A DNA stretch of 8,362 bases from a virus (IMGVR_UViG_2675903621_000020:1-8362), one strand, 5' to 3'; counted from the stretch's first letter, positions 1 through 7,394 are shown. The notes: generated by a model from the letters alone, not told the origin. A program made the numbers and translations.

Positions 1-61
1 CGATGATCTGGCAGCCTGAGTTCACAGATAAAACACTCTCCAGGAAAACCGGGGCGGTTCA
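1..61 (+). mobile_element. Right terminus of an IS3-family insertion sequence (IS629-like); the element continues beyond the window start
   Basis: Reverse complement of 1-61 begins TGAACCGCCCCGGTTTTCCTGGAGAG, an imperfect inverted copy of the IS left end at 8280 (TGAACCGCCCCGGGAATCCTGGAGAC). Terminal 5'-TG...CA-3' as in IS3-family ends. The yeeJ reading frame is lost exactly at this junction (61/62). Family name is from memory. Confidence 0.7.
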
Positions 62-1449
62 TTATAGCCTTTCAGGGCATATTTGGTTTGTAGCGACGAA
101 ACCAGTGATTTCACTTCTCCTGACTTCCCTGTCACGGGGTCTGTCAGGGTCAGGCGAACCAGTTCTTTTTTGCGATATTCCAGAACGATGTTGTTGTTGC
201 GATCCACCAGATCAAAACGGCTGCCTGCAAGGCTACGCCGTGCATCGACTTCATTCGGGTCAAGCTGTTTCTGCATCGCGCTTCCAGGTTGCCAGGTAAA
301 ATCGACGGCAAAACGGGTGTCATTTTCGCCCTGTTTACCCTAGCGTTGCTCCGCGCTGAAGGTCATCAGCGGGAAGGGGGTATAGTTAAGTCCAGCGGTT
401 ATGGCATGAGGATTACTTTGCCGATCATCTTTATCGAACAGGGCCACTTCATCGCCATAATACTGTTCATAGACCAGTTTACCGCCAAGGTGCGGCCAGG
501 CGGGTAGCCAGCCTTCTGCGCGTACATCCCAGCCATTGGCCGGGCGTGCTTCATAATCGTTGTCCAGTTCAGGTGCGCTGCGCCAGTTGGTCAGTCGCAA
601 ATAGCCGTTACTGCTTAATTTTAGATAGTCGCGCCAGTACTCCGCGCCAATGCCGGCGCGGGAGTGGTAACGGCTAAGATCGTGGTCGAAAAAGAAGTTG
701 ATGCCCGACATCCATGTGGGAGTGAAATGACGCCAACCCAAGCCGTTGTTAATCTGCGTACGCTCGTCAGTACGATGGAGAGTATGCTGACTGAAAAAGA
801 GATTATCAGGCGTTTCATACCACGGATGGAGAAAATCGAACTGGGAGTTCTTCAGGCTAAAATCTTCATCCACGCCCAGCGTGATTCTTGCGGTACCGAA
901 GCGGCTTAACCAGTCTGTCATTGCGCCTGAAGCCTGAGAAGAGGCCCATCCACGCGCCATATTTGCCGCTTGCTCGCTGTTCATATCCTCGGCGAGCAGA
1001 GACCCGATTTGCTGTGAAGTACTGGCTATCTGTTGCTCAAGGTTGCCACTGCTATTACCCGGTGGCGGGGTTAAATTATTTTCACTAACTTGTGCCGGGA
1101 CATCCAGTTCATCACCCTGGCGGACATTATCAAAACCTCGAGCAAACGTACGAAACTGGTTGAGTTTGCGTAACTCAGCCACCGAAATACCGAAACGTTC
1201 GGCAACGCTTTGGGCCGATTCCAGCGCTCCAAGGGTGTAGGGCACCGTATTGGCATTTGCAATGGCAATTTGTGTAGGAACTGGTTGTTGGGTTGCGGCG
1301 TTTACCACACCTTGTGCTGCCGCAGCCATAGGGAACACAAGTTGAGTTATCAGGCAGATACCCGCAGTTAAGCGGCGTAGTTTAATTCCCATCCCGCATA
1401 AGATTTGTCGGTCATTTATTTCTTCTCCACTTCTCTTCTTCGTAGCCAT
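62..1449 (-). pseudogene. yeeJ: 5' portion of an intimin/invasin-family inverse-autotransporter adhesin gene (yeeJ-like), interrupted by an in-frame TAG and truncated by the IS
   Basis: Minus-strand ORF 340-1524 in the track. ATG at 1449 has a GGAAGG Shine-Dalgarno 5 nt upstream (alternative ATG at 1476). Long signal-peptide-like N-terminus (…LTAGICLITQLVFPMAAAAQG), LysM-like segment (FGISVAELRKLNQF), then a Trp/Tyr/Gly-rich beta-barrel-like region. An in-frame TAG (plus-strand cta at 340-342) stops the frame, which resumes in the same frame to the IS junction at 61/62. Synteny with tRNA-Asn and mtfA matches my memory of E. coli K-12. Confidence 0.7.
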
Positions 1450-1646
1450 GCTTACCTTCCCTGAACGAGCTAACATAAATGCGCCCTTTCTAGCACAGCG
1501 AAAAAATGTAAATCCTGATAGCAATATGATTGAAAATTAATAACTTTTCGTTAGGCAGTTTTGGATGTGAGTTGCAAGAGGGGAGACTACTGAATAACTC
1601 AAGTTTTATAATCGAGGGGAAAATGGTGATGGCGTTCATAGCAAAA

Positions 1647-1673
1647 CGCCCTCAACCATAAAGGTCGAGGGCG
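1647..1673 (-). terminator. Candidate hairpin downstream of tRNA-Asn (possible asnT terminator)
   Basis: 7-bp inverted repeat CGCCCTC/GAGGGCG with a 13-nt loop. On the minus strand it is followed by TTTTG. A second hairpin GGCGTT-N8-AACGCC sits at 1631-1650. The loop is large and the T-run short, so confidence is low. Confidence 0.3.
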
Positions 1674-1762
1674 CTTAAGATGTTAAAAACCCGCTATCCG
1701 TTAAAAAACAATGTTCAACTAAGGTCAGTGACATTGCGCTAAAAAAGCGAATTTTTAGAATT

Positions 1763-1838
1763 TGGCTCCTCTGACTGGACTCGAACCAGTGACATACGGA
1801 TTAACAGTCCGCCGTTCTACCGACTGAACTACAGAGGA
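1763..1838 (-). tRNA. asnT: tRNA-Asn (anticodon GUU), 76 nt with encoded CCA
   Basis: Reverse complement reads TCCTCTGTAGTTCAGTCGGTAGAACGGCGGACTGTTAATCCGTATGTCACTGGTTCGAGTCCAGTCAGAGGAGCCA. 7-bp acceptor stem, anticodon loop CT-GTT-AA, T-loop GGTTCGAGTCC. The asnT name is assigned from position between mtfA and yeeJ. Confidence 0.93.
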
Positions 1839-1856
1839 ATCGTGTGAACGGGGCGC

Positions 1857-1885
1857 ATATTACTTAGCGGTACCTTGTCTGTCAA
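1857..1885 (-). promoter_or_regulatory. Sigma70 promoter for tRNA-Asn
   Basis: Minus strand reads TTGACA (1885-1880), a 17-nt spacer, TAATAT (1862-1857), then the GC-rich discriminator GCGCCCC. This sits about 19 nt upstream of the mature tRNA 5' end. AT-rich sequence lies further upstream, including a GTTAATTAAT direct repeat at 1914-1923 and 1934-1943. Confidence 0.55.
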
Positions 1886-1938
1886 CACTAAATTTCATAA
1901 GTCATTTCAATTGGTTAATTAATCTGCAAAGTTGTTAA

Positions 1939-2736
1939 TTAATGAACATTCGTCGCCGAAAACGAGTCTGTATCATTAGCGTGATGCAGTCTCTGCAAAG
2001 GATCTTGTTGATAAAATTGGCAGAAACGTTGCCACAATGAAGGGAAACGAGGAGCAAAAAGTTCTGGGGCGCTAAAGAAATATTCAGAAAGTACGGCAAA
2101 ACATTCAGCAGGATCACTGGCAGCATAAGCATCAATGCTCGCCGCATTCTCGCCAACCAATTCGATTTCTTCCTGAATGTTGTTCATTGCAGCATGAAGA
2201 TCGTGTTCCCAGCCAGCAACCTCACGCAACGGAATAAAGGGAACTCCGCTGGCGCGATCGCCGTTACGGGTGTCCAGCTTATGAGCGACTTCATGAATAA
2301 TCAGGTTAAAACCAGAAGCATCAAAAGAATCTTGTATATCCAACCAGTTCAAAACGATAGGCCCTTGCTGCCAGCTCTGACCTGACTGAACAATACGTTG
2401 GTTATGCACCAGACCGATATCGTCTTCCCATTCATCATCGACCACAAATGGCGCAGGATAAATTAAGACTTCATGAAAACCATCCAGCCATTCCAGTCCT
2501 AACTCCAGAACGGGTAGGCAAAATAGAAGTGCTATCCGGCAGCTTCTTAATGAATCCAGTTCAAAGCCCTGTAAAGGAACAAGCCGCTTTTGCTGTAAAA
2601 AACGTTCGGCAAGAGTGACTAATTTGCTTTGTTCCTGTTCCGTCAGACACGTTAAAAGGGGGATCGATAGTGCTTCCTGCCAGGGAAGGGCAGTTTGATG
2701 TGCTGATTCTTGTACTTTCCAGGGCCACTTAATCAT
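1939..2736 (-). CDS. mtfA: MtfA (Mlc titration factor A), zinc-metallopeptidase fold, 265 aa
   Basis: ORF with ATG at 2736 (the track ORF extends to a GTG at 2775). Protein begins [28 protein letters not shown] and contains the HExxH motif ([10 protein letters not shown]). Stop TAA at 1939-1941. Recognised from memory as MtfA/YeeI. Confidence 0.9.
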   Translation of the reverse strand: MIKWPWKVQESAHQTALPWQEALSIPLLTCLTEQEQSKLVTLAERFLQQKRLVPLQGFELDSLRSCRIALLFCLPVLELGLEWLDGFHEVLIYPAPFVVDDEWEDDIGLVHNQRIVQSGQSWQQGPIVLNWLDIQDSFDASGFNLIIHEVAHKLDTRNGDRASGVPFIPLREVAGWEHDLHAAMNNIQEEIELVGENAASIDAYAASDPAECFAVLSEYFFSAPELFAPRFPSLWQRFCQFYQQDPLQRLHHANDTDSFSATNVH

Positions 2737-2829
2737 CGTTTTGCTCGCAAACTCGTCACTTGAACAAAATTGCACGGACAGGGACTGTTAAAATGCCAAA
2801 TTTCCTGGCATCATGGCAACCATCTGAAC

Positions 2830-2919
2830 GGAGAGATGCCGGAGCGGCTGAACGGACCGGTCTCGAAAACCGGAGTGGGGGCAACTCCACCGGGGGTTCA
2901 AATCCCCCTCTCTCCGCCA
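2830..2919 (+). tRNA. serU: tRNA-Ser (anticodon CGA), 90 nt with long variable arm and encoded CCA
   Basis: GGAGAGATGCCGGAGCGGCTGAACGGACCGGTCTCGAAAACCGGAGTGGGGGCAACTCCACCGGGGGTTCAAATCCCCCTCTCTCCGCCA. 7-bp acceptor stem GGAGAGA/TCTCTCC, anticodon loop CT-CGA-AA, T-loop GGTTCAAATCC. The serU name is assigned from anticodon and position beside mtfA. Confidence 0.9.
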
Positions 2920-2998
2920 AAATTCAATCACTTACACGCCATCAAGTCAGTGATAAAAATCACACTTGGAATTACTTGGAATATTTTGTTGGAATATT
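2920..2998. other. Candidate prophage attL arm between the tRNA-Ser 3' end and the int 3' end
   Basis: The integrase reads toward the tRNA 3' end, the standard tRNA-integrated prophage layout. Three direct repeats (C/G)TTGGAAT(A/T)T at 2965-2972, 2975-2982 and 2989-2995 lie where lambda P' arm-type Int sites would be. An ATCACT-N16-AGTGAT inverted repeat (2926-2953) with an IHF-like ATCAA element lies between them and the tRNA. The core cannot be delimited without attR or an empty site. Confidence 0.4.
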
Positions 2999-3997
2999 CT
3001 GGGGTAAAGGTACATCCAGTGTAGGTGAGATCTTCACTTTCCTGTCATAGATTAATACCTGTCCTTCGGTCTTGTGACCAGAGAAAAGTTGTTTATCCCG
3101 GCTACTACCTTCGTAATCTGATATCCCCTTGGCTTTAAGGTCATGGAACGTAAAATCGGTGGCGATCCCAGATATCTGTCCTGCTAAATTTCTTGCCTCA
3201 ACCCACATTTCATTAAATCCTTTATACATGTAACGGTTGCCGTACTGATTGCTGATTACATAGGCCGACTTGGGGAGTTGTTTGGCTTTTTCTATAACTG
3301 ATTGCAGGCGGGGGCTCCAGGCTTTTATCTGTTTCTTTCCTGTTTTACCTTGCTGGATAAAGATCCCATCGTTTCCGATCTGTTCCCATTTCAGAGATAA
3401 CACATCGGAAATCCTTGCTGCGCACAGATATGCAATTTCCATCGCGATAAAAACAGGCACAGGAGCCACGCTTAATACGGCCTGGTATTCTTTGTCAGTC
3501 ACATAGCGCTCTCGGTTTTTTGCCTTGAATTTACTTACACCGGCACAAGGATTAGCCTTTACATACCCTCGTTCATACCCCCAACTATAAACGCGCGACA
3601 TACTGCTTTTTTCATGGTTTGCCTGCGTTTTACTCTGCTCGCCTCTTTTGTCCATGTATCGTCTGATGTGCTCTGGTTTTACAGAATCGGCCAGCACCTT
3701 ACCGAATACGGCCAGCAACTTTTTTTGATGTTGCAGATAATCTTTTTGAGTTCTAGGACTAAGCTCGCTGTAATAGGCGCTGGCGAGAAATTTTTCCCAC
3801 AAACGCCCAAATGTCATTGCGCGATCGCGATGGTTAACCGTTTCTTCATACTTTTTCCATAATGCGGCTAAACCATCCTCGATTGCAGTTAAGGTTACAG
3901 ATTCTCTGGATGTCGGTTTCCATACATAACTATATTTATTGGGGTATACCTTTGGCGGTAATTTTTCGTGTTCGGGATTTTTCCTTCGTCTTCCCAT
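2972..3997 (-). CDS. int: Lambda-family tyrosine integrase, 341 aa
   Basis: ORF with ATG at 3997 and TAA at 2972-2974. N-terminus MGRRRKNPEHEKLPPKVYPNKYSYVWKP resembles the lambda Int arm-binding N-terminus (MGRRRSHERRDLPPNLY…, from memory). C-terminal catalytic region has HDLK and GHK…Y elements (FTFHDLKAKG…LFSGHKTEGQVLIYDR). Confidence 0.92.
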   Translation of the reverse strand: MGRRRKNPEHEKLPPKVYPNKYSYVWKPTSRESVTLTAIEDGLAALWKKYEETVNHRDRAMTFGRLWEKFLASAYYSELSPRTQKDYLQHQKKLLAVFGKVLADSVKPEHIRRYMDKRGEQSKTQANHEKSSMSRVYSWGYERGYVKANPCAGVSKFKAKNRERYVTDKEYQAVLSVAPVPVFIAMEIAYLCAARISDVLSLKWEQIGNDGIFIQQGKTGKKQIKAWSPRLQSVIEKAKQLPKSAYVISNQYGNRYMYKGFNEMWVEARNLAGQISGIATDFTFHDLKAKGISDYEGSSRDKQLFSGHKTEGQVLIYDRKVKISPTLDVPLPQNIPTKYSK

Positions 3998-4200
3998 TAG
4001 ATCGCACCGAAATCAGGTTCAGCCTCACGTGGTGGTAAAGTTTTTATACAGGTAAACAGTTCCCGACTGACGATCGGTTTTCCACTACGATTGGTATAGA
4101 ACGGAAGCCCATTTTTTATTAACCAGTTGCGCTGGTGGCTTGCATATTTGCAGCCCGTTAACGTTTGCAATTCATTTTCGGTTAAAAATATGCTGCTCAT
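3997..4200 (-). CDS. xis: Excisionase (Xis-like), 67 aa
   Basis: ATG at 4200. Stop TAA (3999-3997) overlaps the int ATG (3997-3995) as TAATG, indicating translational coupling. Small basic protein with a Trp-containing motif (…QRNWLIKNGLPFY…) loosely alignable to lambda Xis. Directly upstream of int. Confidence 0.7.
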   Translation of the reverse strand: MSSIFLTENELQTLTGCKYASHQRNWLIKNGLPFYTNRSGKPIVSRELFTCIKTLPPREAEPDFGAI

Positions 4201-4216
4201 AGCTATATCTCACAAC

Positions 4217-4244
4217 CGCCGCTAACTATATGCCGTTAGCGGCG
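4217..4244 (-). other. GC-rich stem-loop in the 58-nt gap between the exonuclease-domain gene and xis
   Basis: Perfect 10-bp inverted repeat CGCCGCTAAC (4217-4226) / GTTAGCGGCG (4235-4244) with an 8-nt loop. It lies 16 nt upstream of the xis ATG and is not followed by a U-run on the transcribed strand. Confidence 0.45.
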
Positions 4245-4258
4245 ATCCGGGTTGAACA

Positions 4259-6676
4259 TTAAAAATCAGCCTGACTCGGGATCAGTTTTTGCCAGATGGC
4301 TGAAACGTATTTTGCCTGGTAACGCGCATCGTGCAGGGCGTTATGGCGTTCACCTTCGAATGGAATAGTCGTTCTTGCGTCGAAATCCATCACCAGTCCC
4401 AGAGCAACCATCGTTCTTACATCGCGATCATTGGTGTAACGCCACGGGCAGGGGATCCCCTGCCGTTCATATGAACGGCGTAAAATCACGTTGTCGAAAG
4501 TTGCACCGTTACCCCAGACCTGAACAAAAAATTCACCGGAGTTTTCGTCGATAAATTCCCGTAATTGCAGCAGTGCATCATCCAACGGGATTTCATCGGT
4601 CAGAATGGAGGATTGTGCTTCGCGTGACTGTTTCAGCCACCACTTAATGGTGTCCCGATCGATGACCCCGCCTGCGGTTTCCAGATCGATAGTTTTGCTG
4701 AATTCTGGCCCCATATCTCCGGTTGCCGGATCAAAAAACTTACCGGCTATAGCGTTTATTGGCGCATCAGGATTTTTTCCCATTGCTTCAAGGTCAATCA
4801 TCAGATGGTGCCACAACCTGCTGGTGGATGAGATTTCATGATGACCGTTCACTTTAATTAAGGGATTTGCTGTTTCGCCAGTTTTATTATCGCTGGCGTG
4901 ATACTGATCGCTGCCAGTGTTCTCCTTGTGCAGATGTTCAGTGCCTTCCATTTCCTCCGGATCATTTTTCTGAGCTTCAGCCTGATTCTCTTCATCGAAT
5001 GTTTCCTGGTAGGTTGCGTTCCCCATCACCGCACTACAGTCAGGACAGTTGCCGCCACCGGTCTGACCACATGTGGTGCAAACTTTTTCTGGTTCTTGTT
5101 GCACTACTGGTTCTGGTTGTTTTGTTTTTGGCTCGTTTTGTAACGCATTTGGGCTGTTTTGTTCCGCTTTATCCTGATTCTGGTCATCATCATCGCGACT
5201 CTGGATCCCCTTCACCCATTTTGGATCATTCGGGTCGCTAATCCCTTCAACAAATTCTCCGCGAGAAGCAGCCAGTAATTTATCTGCATCGACAGGATTT
5301 TTGGGTGGAATGTTTTTCTTGGCTTCATGGAGTTCTGCACGCAGTTTCTGATATTTCGCATCAACAGAATTTATCTGTGGCTGAGCATCCATCGACTGCG
5401 TGTCCTGATTATGTTCAGTTGTATCCGGTTCCACTGCTTCAGTCGTTGCCTGTTCATCTGCCATTGCGCCAGATGGCTGCGGTTTTTCTTCATCATCCTG
5501 TTTTCCTTCTTTTGTTACACGCTGCGGCATCGGGGCAGAGGAGCGGCCACAGGCAATATCCACGATTTCCGGATCAGGGGTGGCATGATCGGTTTCAGTC
5601 AGCACCTTATTCAGGTATTCGGTGACACGGTGGGGAGTAGCCTCTATACCAATTGGTGCTTCTTTCACGGACGCAACCACGATGGCGCGGGAGTAATCCT
5701 TGTGGCCCGGCATGGTGATGAATTTGCTGAAAAACACAGTAAATGGCGGTTTATTTTCAGCGATAATTTCCTCAATGCGTTTAGCGTGTGCGGGATGAAG
5801 GTTATAAATATCCACGTCCATTGAACGGGCCAGTACGCCAGTGGCTACGTCACGCGCCACTGACGCATCATCGTGGACAAAACCTTCGCCGCGATCGGTA
5901 AGAATGCCGCCGCCAGCGTTAGCGCCGGATGGCGTGCGGCTGATGCGTGAAACACTATTTCCTTTCATCCACTCTTTTGTAAGCAGACCGCGATCGGTGT
6001 AGTCAGCGCCCAGGTATGCTTCGATAAAAGAGGTCATCAGTCCCAGGTCCGAATTTACGGGGGCGGGGAAAACTTTGTCAGTGTCTCGCACCAGTTTGTA
6101 CAAATCCCGAATCTCCAGCGGTTCGAGTTGCACTGCTTTATTTGAGATGGCCAGCGCGGTAACGGCGGGAAGTTTTTCATCCTGTGCGTTATGTAATGCG
6201 CGCAGTTTGTCCAGTGAAACGTGCGTGACCGGTTTTTCGCTGTTGTGTTGCGCCAGCCAGCGAACAGGCAGAATCTGACCTGAAACCGGAAGAAGCATAT
6301 TCTCCTCAATCTTAGCCATGTCTTCGCCGTTGACGTTGGTATTGTCAGTACTGGCTGGTTTGTCCGGAACAGAGGGCGCGATAAGTATCATTGTGATACC
6401 ATCTTCTCCGCCTTTTTCGTATCGGTTGCAGAATTCAGTATCAAACACACCTTCCGGTGGAAGGTCATTCACAACGGGTAAATGGACGCGGATGGGTTTT
6501 TTAAAATCCTCTTCGTCAAATCCGGCATCGTCCATTGCAGCAACACCGCGTGATATTGCAACCGATAATTTTTTTGCTGTGCGCCAGTAAAAACCACCTT
6601 TAATCCCAAGGCGTTTTCTGACTTTGTCATTTTTGGCTTCGTAATATAGTGCAATTTCTTCTTTATCAGCGTTCAT
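4259..6676 (-). CDS. 805-aa multidomain prophage protein: N-terminal domain of unknown function, acidic disordered linker with a CxxC-x7-CxxC knuckle, C-terminal DEDDh (DnaQ-like) 3'-5' exonuclease domain
   Basis: ATG at 6676 with a GAGG Shine-Dalgarno 7 nt upstream; TAA at 4259-4261. The C-terminal ~185 aa carry motifs in canonical order: Exo I DxE (MIDLE, res. 628-630, or TIDLETAGG, 664-666), Exo II ([13 protein letters not shown]728), Exo III H-x4-D (HNALHD, H778/D783). Residues ~385-620 are D/E/Q/P/K-rich low complexity containing C533-x2-C536-x7-C544-x2-C547. Confidence 0.85.
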   Translation of the reverse strand: MNADKEEIALYYEAKNDKVRKRLGIKGGFYWRTAKKLSVAISRGVAAMDDAGFDEEDFKKPIRVHLPVVNDLPPEGVFDTEFCNRYEKGGEDGITMILIAPSVPDKPASTDNTNVNGEDMAKIEENMLLPVSGQILPVRWLAQHNSEKPVTHVSLDKLRALHNAQDEKLPAVTALAISNKAVQLEPLEIRDLYKLVRDTDKVFPAPVNSDLGLMTSFIEAYLGADYTDRGLLTKEWMKGNSVSRISRTPSGANAGGGILTDRGEGFVHDDASVARDVATGVLARSMDVDIYNLHPAHAKRIEEIIAENKPPFTVFFSKFITMPGHKDYSRAIVVASVKEAPIGIEATPHRVTEYLNKVLTETDHATPDPEIVDIACGRSSAPMPQRVTKEGKQDDEEKPQPSGAMADEQATTEAVEPDTTEHNQDTQSMDAQPQINSVDAKYQKLRAELHEAKKNIPPKNPVDADKLLAASRGEFVEGISDPNDPKWVKGIQSRDDDDQNQDKAEQNSPNALQNEPKTKQPEPVVQQEPEKVCTTCGQTGGGNCPDCSAVMGNATYQETFDEENQAEAQKNDPEEMEGTEHLHKENTGSDQYHASDNKTGETANPLIKVNGHHEISSTSRLWHHLMIDLEAMGKNPDAPINAIAGKFFDPATGDMGPEFSKTIDLETAGGVIDRDTIKWWLKQSREAQSSILTDEIPLDDALLQLREFIDENSGEFFVQVWGNGATFDNVILRRSYERQGIPCPWRYTNDRDVRTMVALGLVMDFDARTTIPFEGERHNALHDARYQAKYVSAIWQKLIPSQADF

Positions 6677-6768
6677 TGATAAACCTCATAACCATTTTAA
6701 GGATGAACAAATTCCTGCCATTGCTGGTATTTTTAATCCGTTGGTATGGCGTTAATATGGCTGGAGGG

Positions 6769-6957
6769 TTATCCAGCCGGTATTTCGTTATTCAGGTTCA
6801 GCGACACTTTTTTTAACGGGAGGCATTCACCGGGGATTTTTTGTTCGTCCCTTACCTGAATGCAGGATGACTTACTGTCATAAATTCCGGTAATTACATT
6901 CTGCGGCTCACCCGTTATAAGAAAAACGGTCATCACCAGTGCAAATGCTGAGGTCAC
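6769..6957 (-). CDS. Small hypothetical protein (62 aa) with a hydrophobic N-terminus, coupled to the upstream small ORF
   Basis: GTG start at 6957 overlaps the upstream stop as GTGA. GGAG Shine-Dalgarno 5 nt upstream. N-terminus MTSAFALVMTVFLITG is signal/TM-like; two Cys. Stop TAA at 6769-6771. A 54-aa variant would start at ATG 6933. I recognise no homolog. Confidence 0.4.
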   Translation of the reverse strand: MTSAFALVMTVFLITGEPQNVITGIYDSKSSCIQVRDEQKIPGECLPLKKVSLNLNNEIPAG

Positions 6958-7142
6958 TGCTGTTCTCCGAAAATACCAAGTTCAAGAAGAGCAATTCGGG
7001 AAAGTATGGAATTATCATTGAGCAGATAAGGCTCATATTTCCGCATATTAATGGCATCCTCAGTAAACGCTTTATTACTGAGCAGAACACCAATATCAAA
7101 ACAACCTTCAGACGTATTAACGTTTGGTAATAACGTTTCCAT
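6954..7142 (-). CDS. Small hypothetical protein (62 aa), first gene of the leftward operon
   Basis: ATG at 7142 with a strong Shine-Dalgarno GAGGA 7 nt upstream (minus strand …TTGAGGACGCGATA-ATG). Protein METLLPNVNTSEGCFDIGVLLSNKAFTEDAINMRKYEPYLLNDNSILSRIALLELGIFGEQQ. Stop TGA at 6954-6956. The track ORF extends upstream to a GTG at 7247 with no ribosome-binding site. Confidence 0.5.
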   Translation of the reverse strand: METLLPNVNTSEGCFDIGVLLSNKAFTEDAINMRKYEPYLLNDNSILSRIALLELGIFGEQQ

Positions 7143-7159
7143 TATCGCGTCCTCAACAA

Positions 7160-7307
7160 TGAATTTTGTGATGCAGTGCCTGGTGCCTCCAGGTGACGTT
7201 AACCAGTTAACAATTAACGCCGGATACAGAGAATCCACCCATAACACTGTTTTTGGTTTTAACTGTTCCGCGTGCGCTTAGCCGCATTCACCGCATCACA
7301 AAATTCA
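7160..7307. repeat. Perfect 15-bp inverted repeat pair flanking a 118-bp segment next to the leftward operon start
   Basis: TGAATTTTGTGATGC at 7160-7174 and its reverse complement GCATCACAAAATTCA at 7293-7307 (17 of 18 with one flanking base each side). The left arm abuts the Shine-Dalgarno of ORF 6954-7142. The enclosed segment contains GTTAAC-ca-GTTAAC-aa-TTAAC (7198-7218). Confidence 0.6.
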
Positions 7308-7394
7308 CTTTAAAAAGGGCGGCAGAGCAGTCACGGAGTAAAACTGATACCGCCAAATGTCACCAGAAAATTGATAACAGAGGGCGTTGTAGCG

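Noticed and set aside
3-1268. Plus-strand and alternative-frame ORFs overlapping yeeJ and the IS end (3-299, 83-343, 289-507, 621-818, 664-909, 888-1088, 1043-1240, 1071-1268)
   Set aside because: They are shadows of the long yeeJ frame or IS sequence. The yeeJ frame has recognisable signal-peptide, LysM and beta-barrel features, which these lack.
1763-1838. Pathogenicity island integrated at tRNA-Asn (asnT is a classic island insertion site)
   Set aside because: tRNA-Asn is flanked directly by mtfA and yeeJ with no integrase or foreign DNA, so this site is unoccupied here. The mobile DNA in the window is at tRNA-Ser instead.
1935-2775. mtfA GTG-extended start at 2775, and the overlapping minus-strand ORF 1935-2156
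   Set aside because: The 13 extra N-terminal residues have no ribosome-binding-site support and the recognised protein begins MIKWPWK at ATG 2736. ORF 1935-2156 is an off-frame overlap of mtfA.
2760-3050. Plus-strand ORFs 2760-3050 and 2770-3024
   Set aside because: They run straight through the tRNA-Ser gene and the 3' end of int, so they are not credible coding sequences.
3270-3862. Plus-strand ORFs 3270-3506 and 3614-3862
   Set aside because: Antisense shadows inside the integrase gene.
4820-4827. Chi site GCTGGTGG
   Set aside because: A single octamer inside a coding region, at roughly the frequency expected in E. coli-type DNA. There is no clustering or orientation pattern to interpret.
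4605-6590. Plus-strand ORFs of 67-165 aa (4605-4841, 4867-5241, 4898-5143, 5305-5625, 5327-5824, 6075-6278, 6318-6590) and minus-strand alternative-frame ORFs (6055-6309, 6469-6654)
   Set aside because: All lie wholly inside the 805-aa minus-strand gene. Their translations are Cys/Phe/Leu/Arg-rich low-complexity strings typical of antisense or off-frame shadows, and none has a ribosome-binding site.
6908-7281. Alternative ORFs in the small-ORF region (6908-7099 minus, 6939-7130 plus, 7051-7281 plus, and the GTG-extended 6954-7247)
   Set aside because: They lack ribosome-binding sites and conflict with the ATG 7142 / GTG 6957 pair, which has strong Shine-Dalgarno sequences and a stop-start overlap. 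The long GTG extension would run through the inverted-repeat arm.
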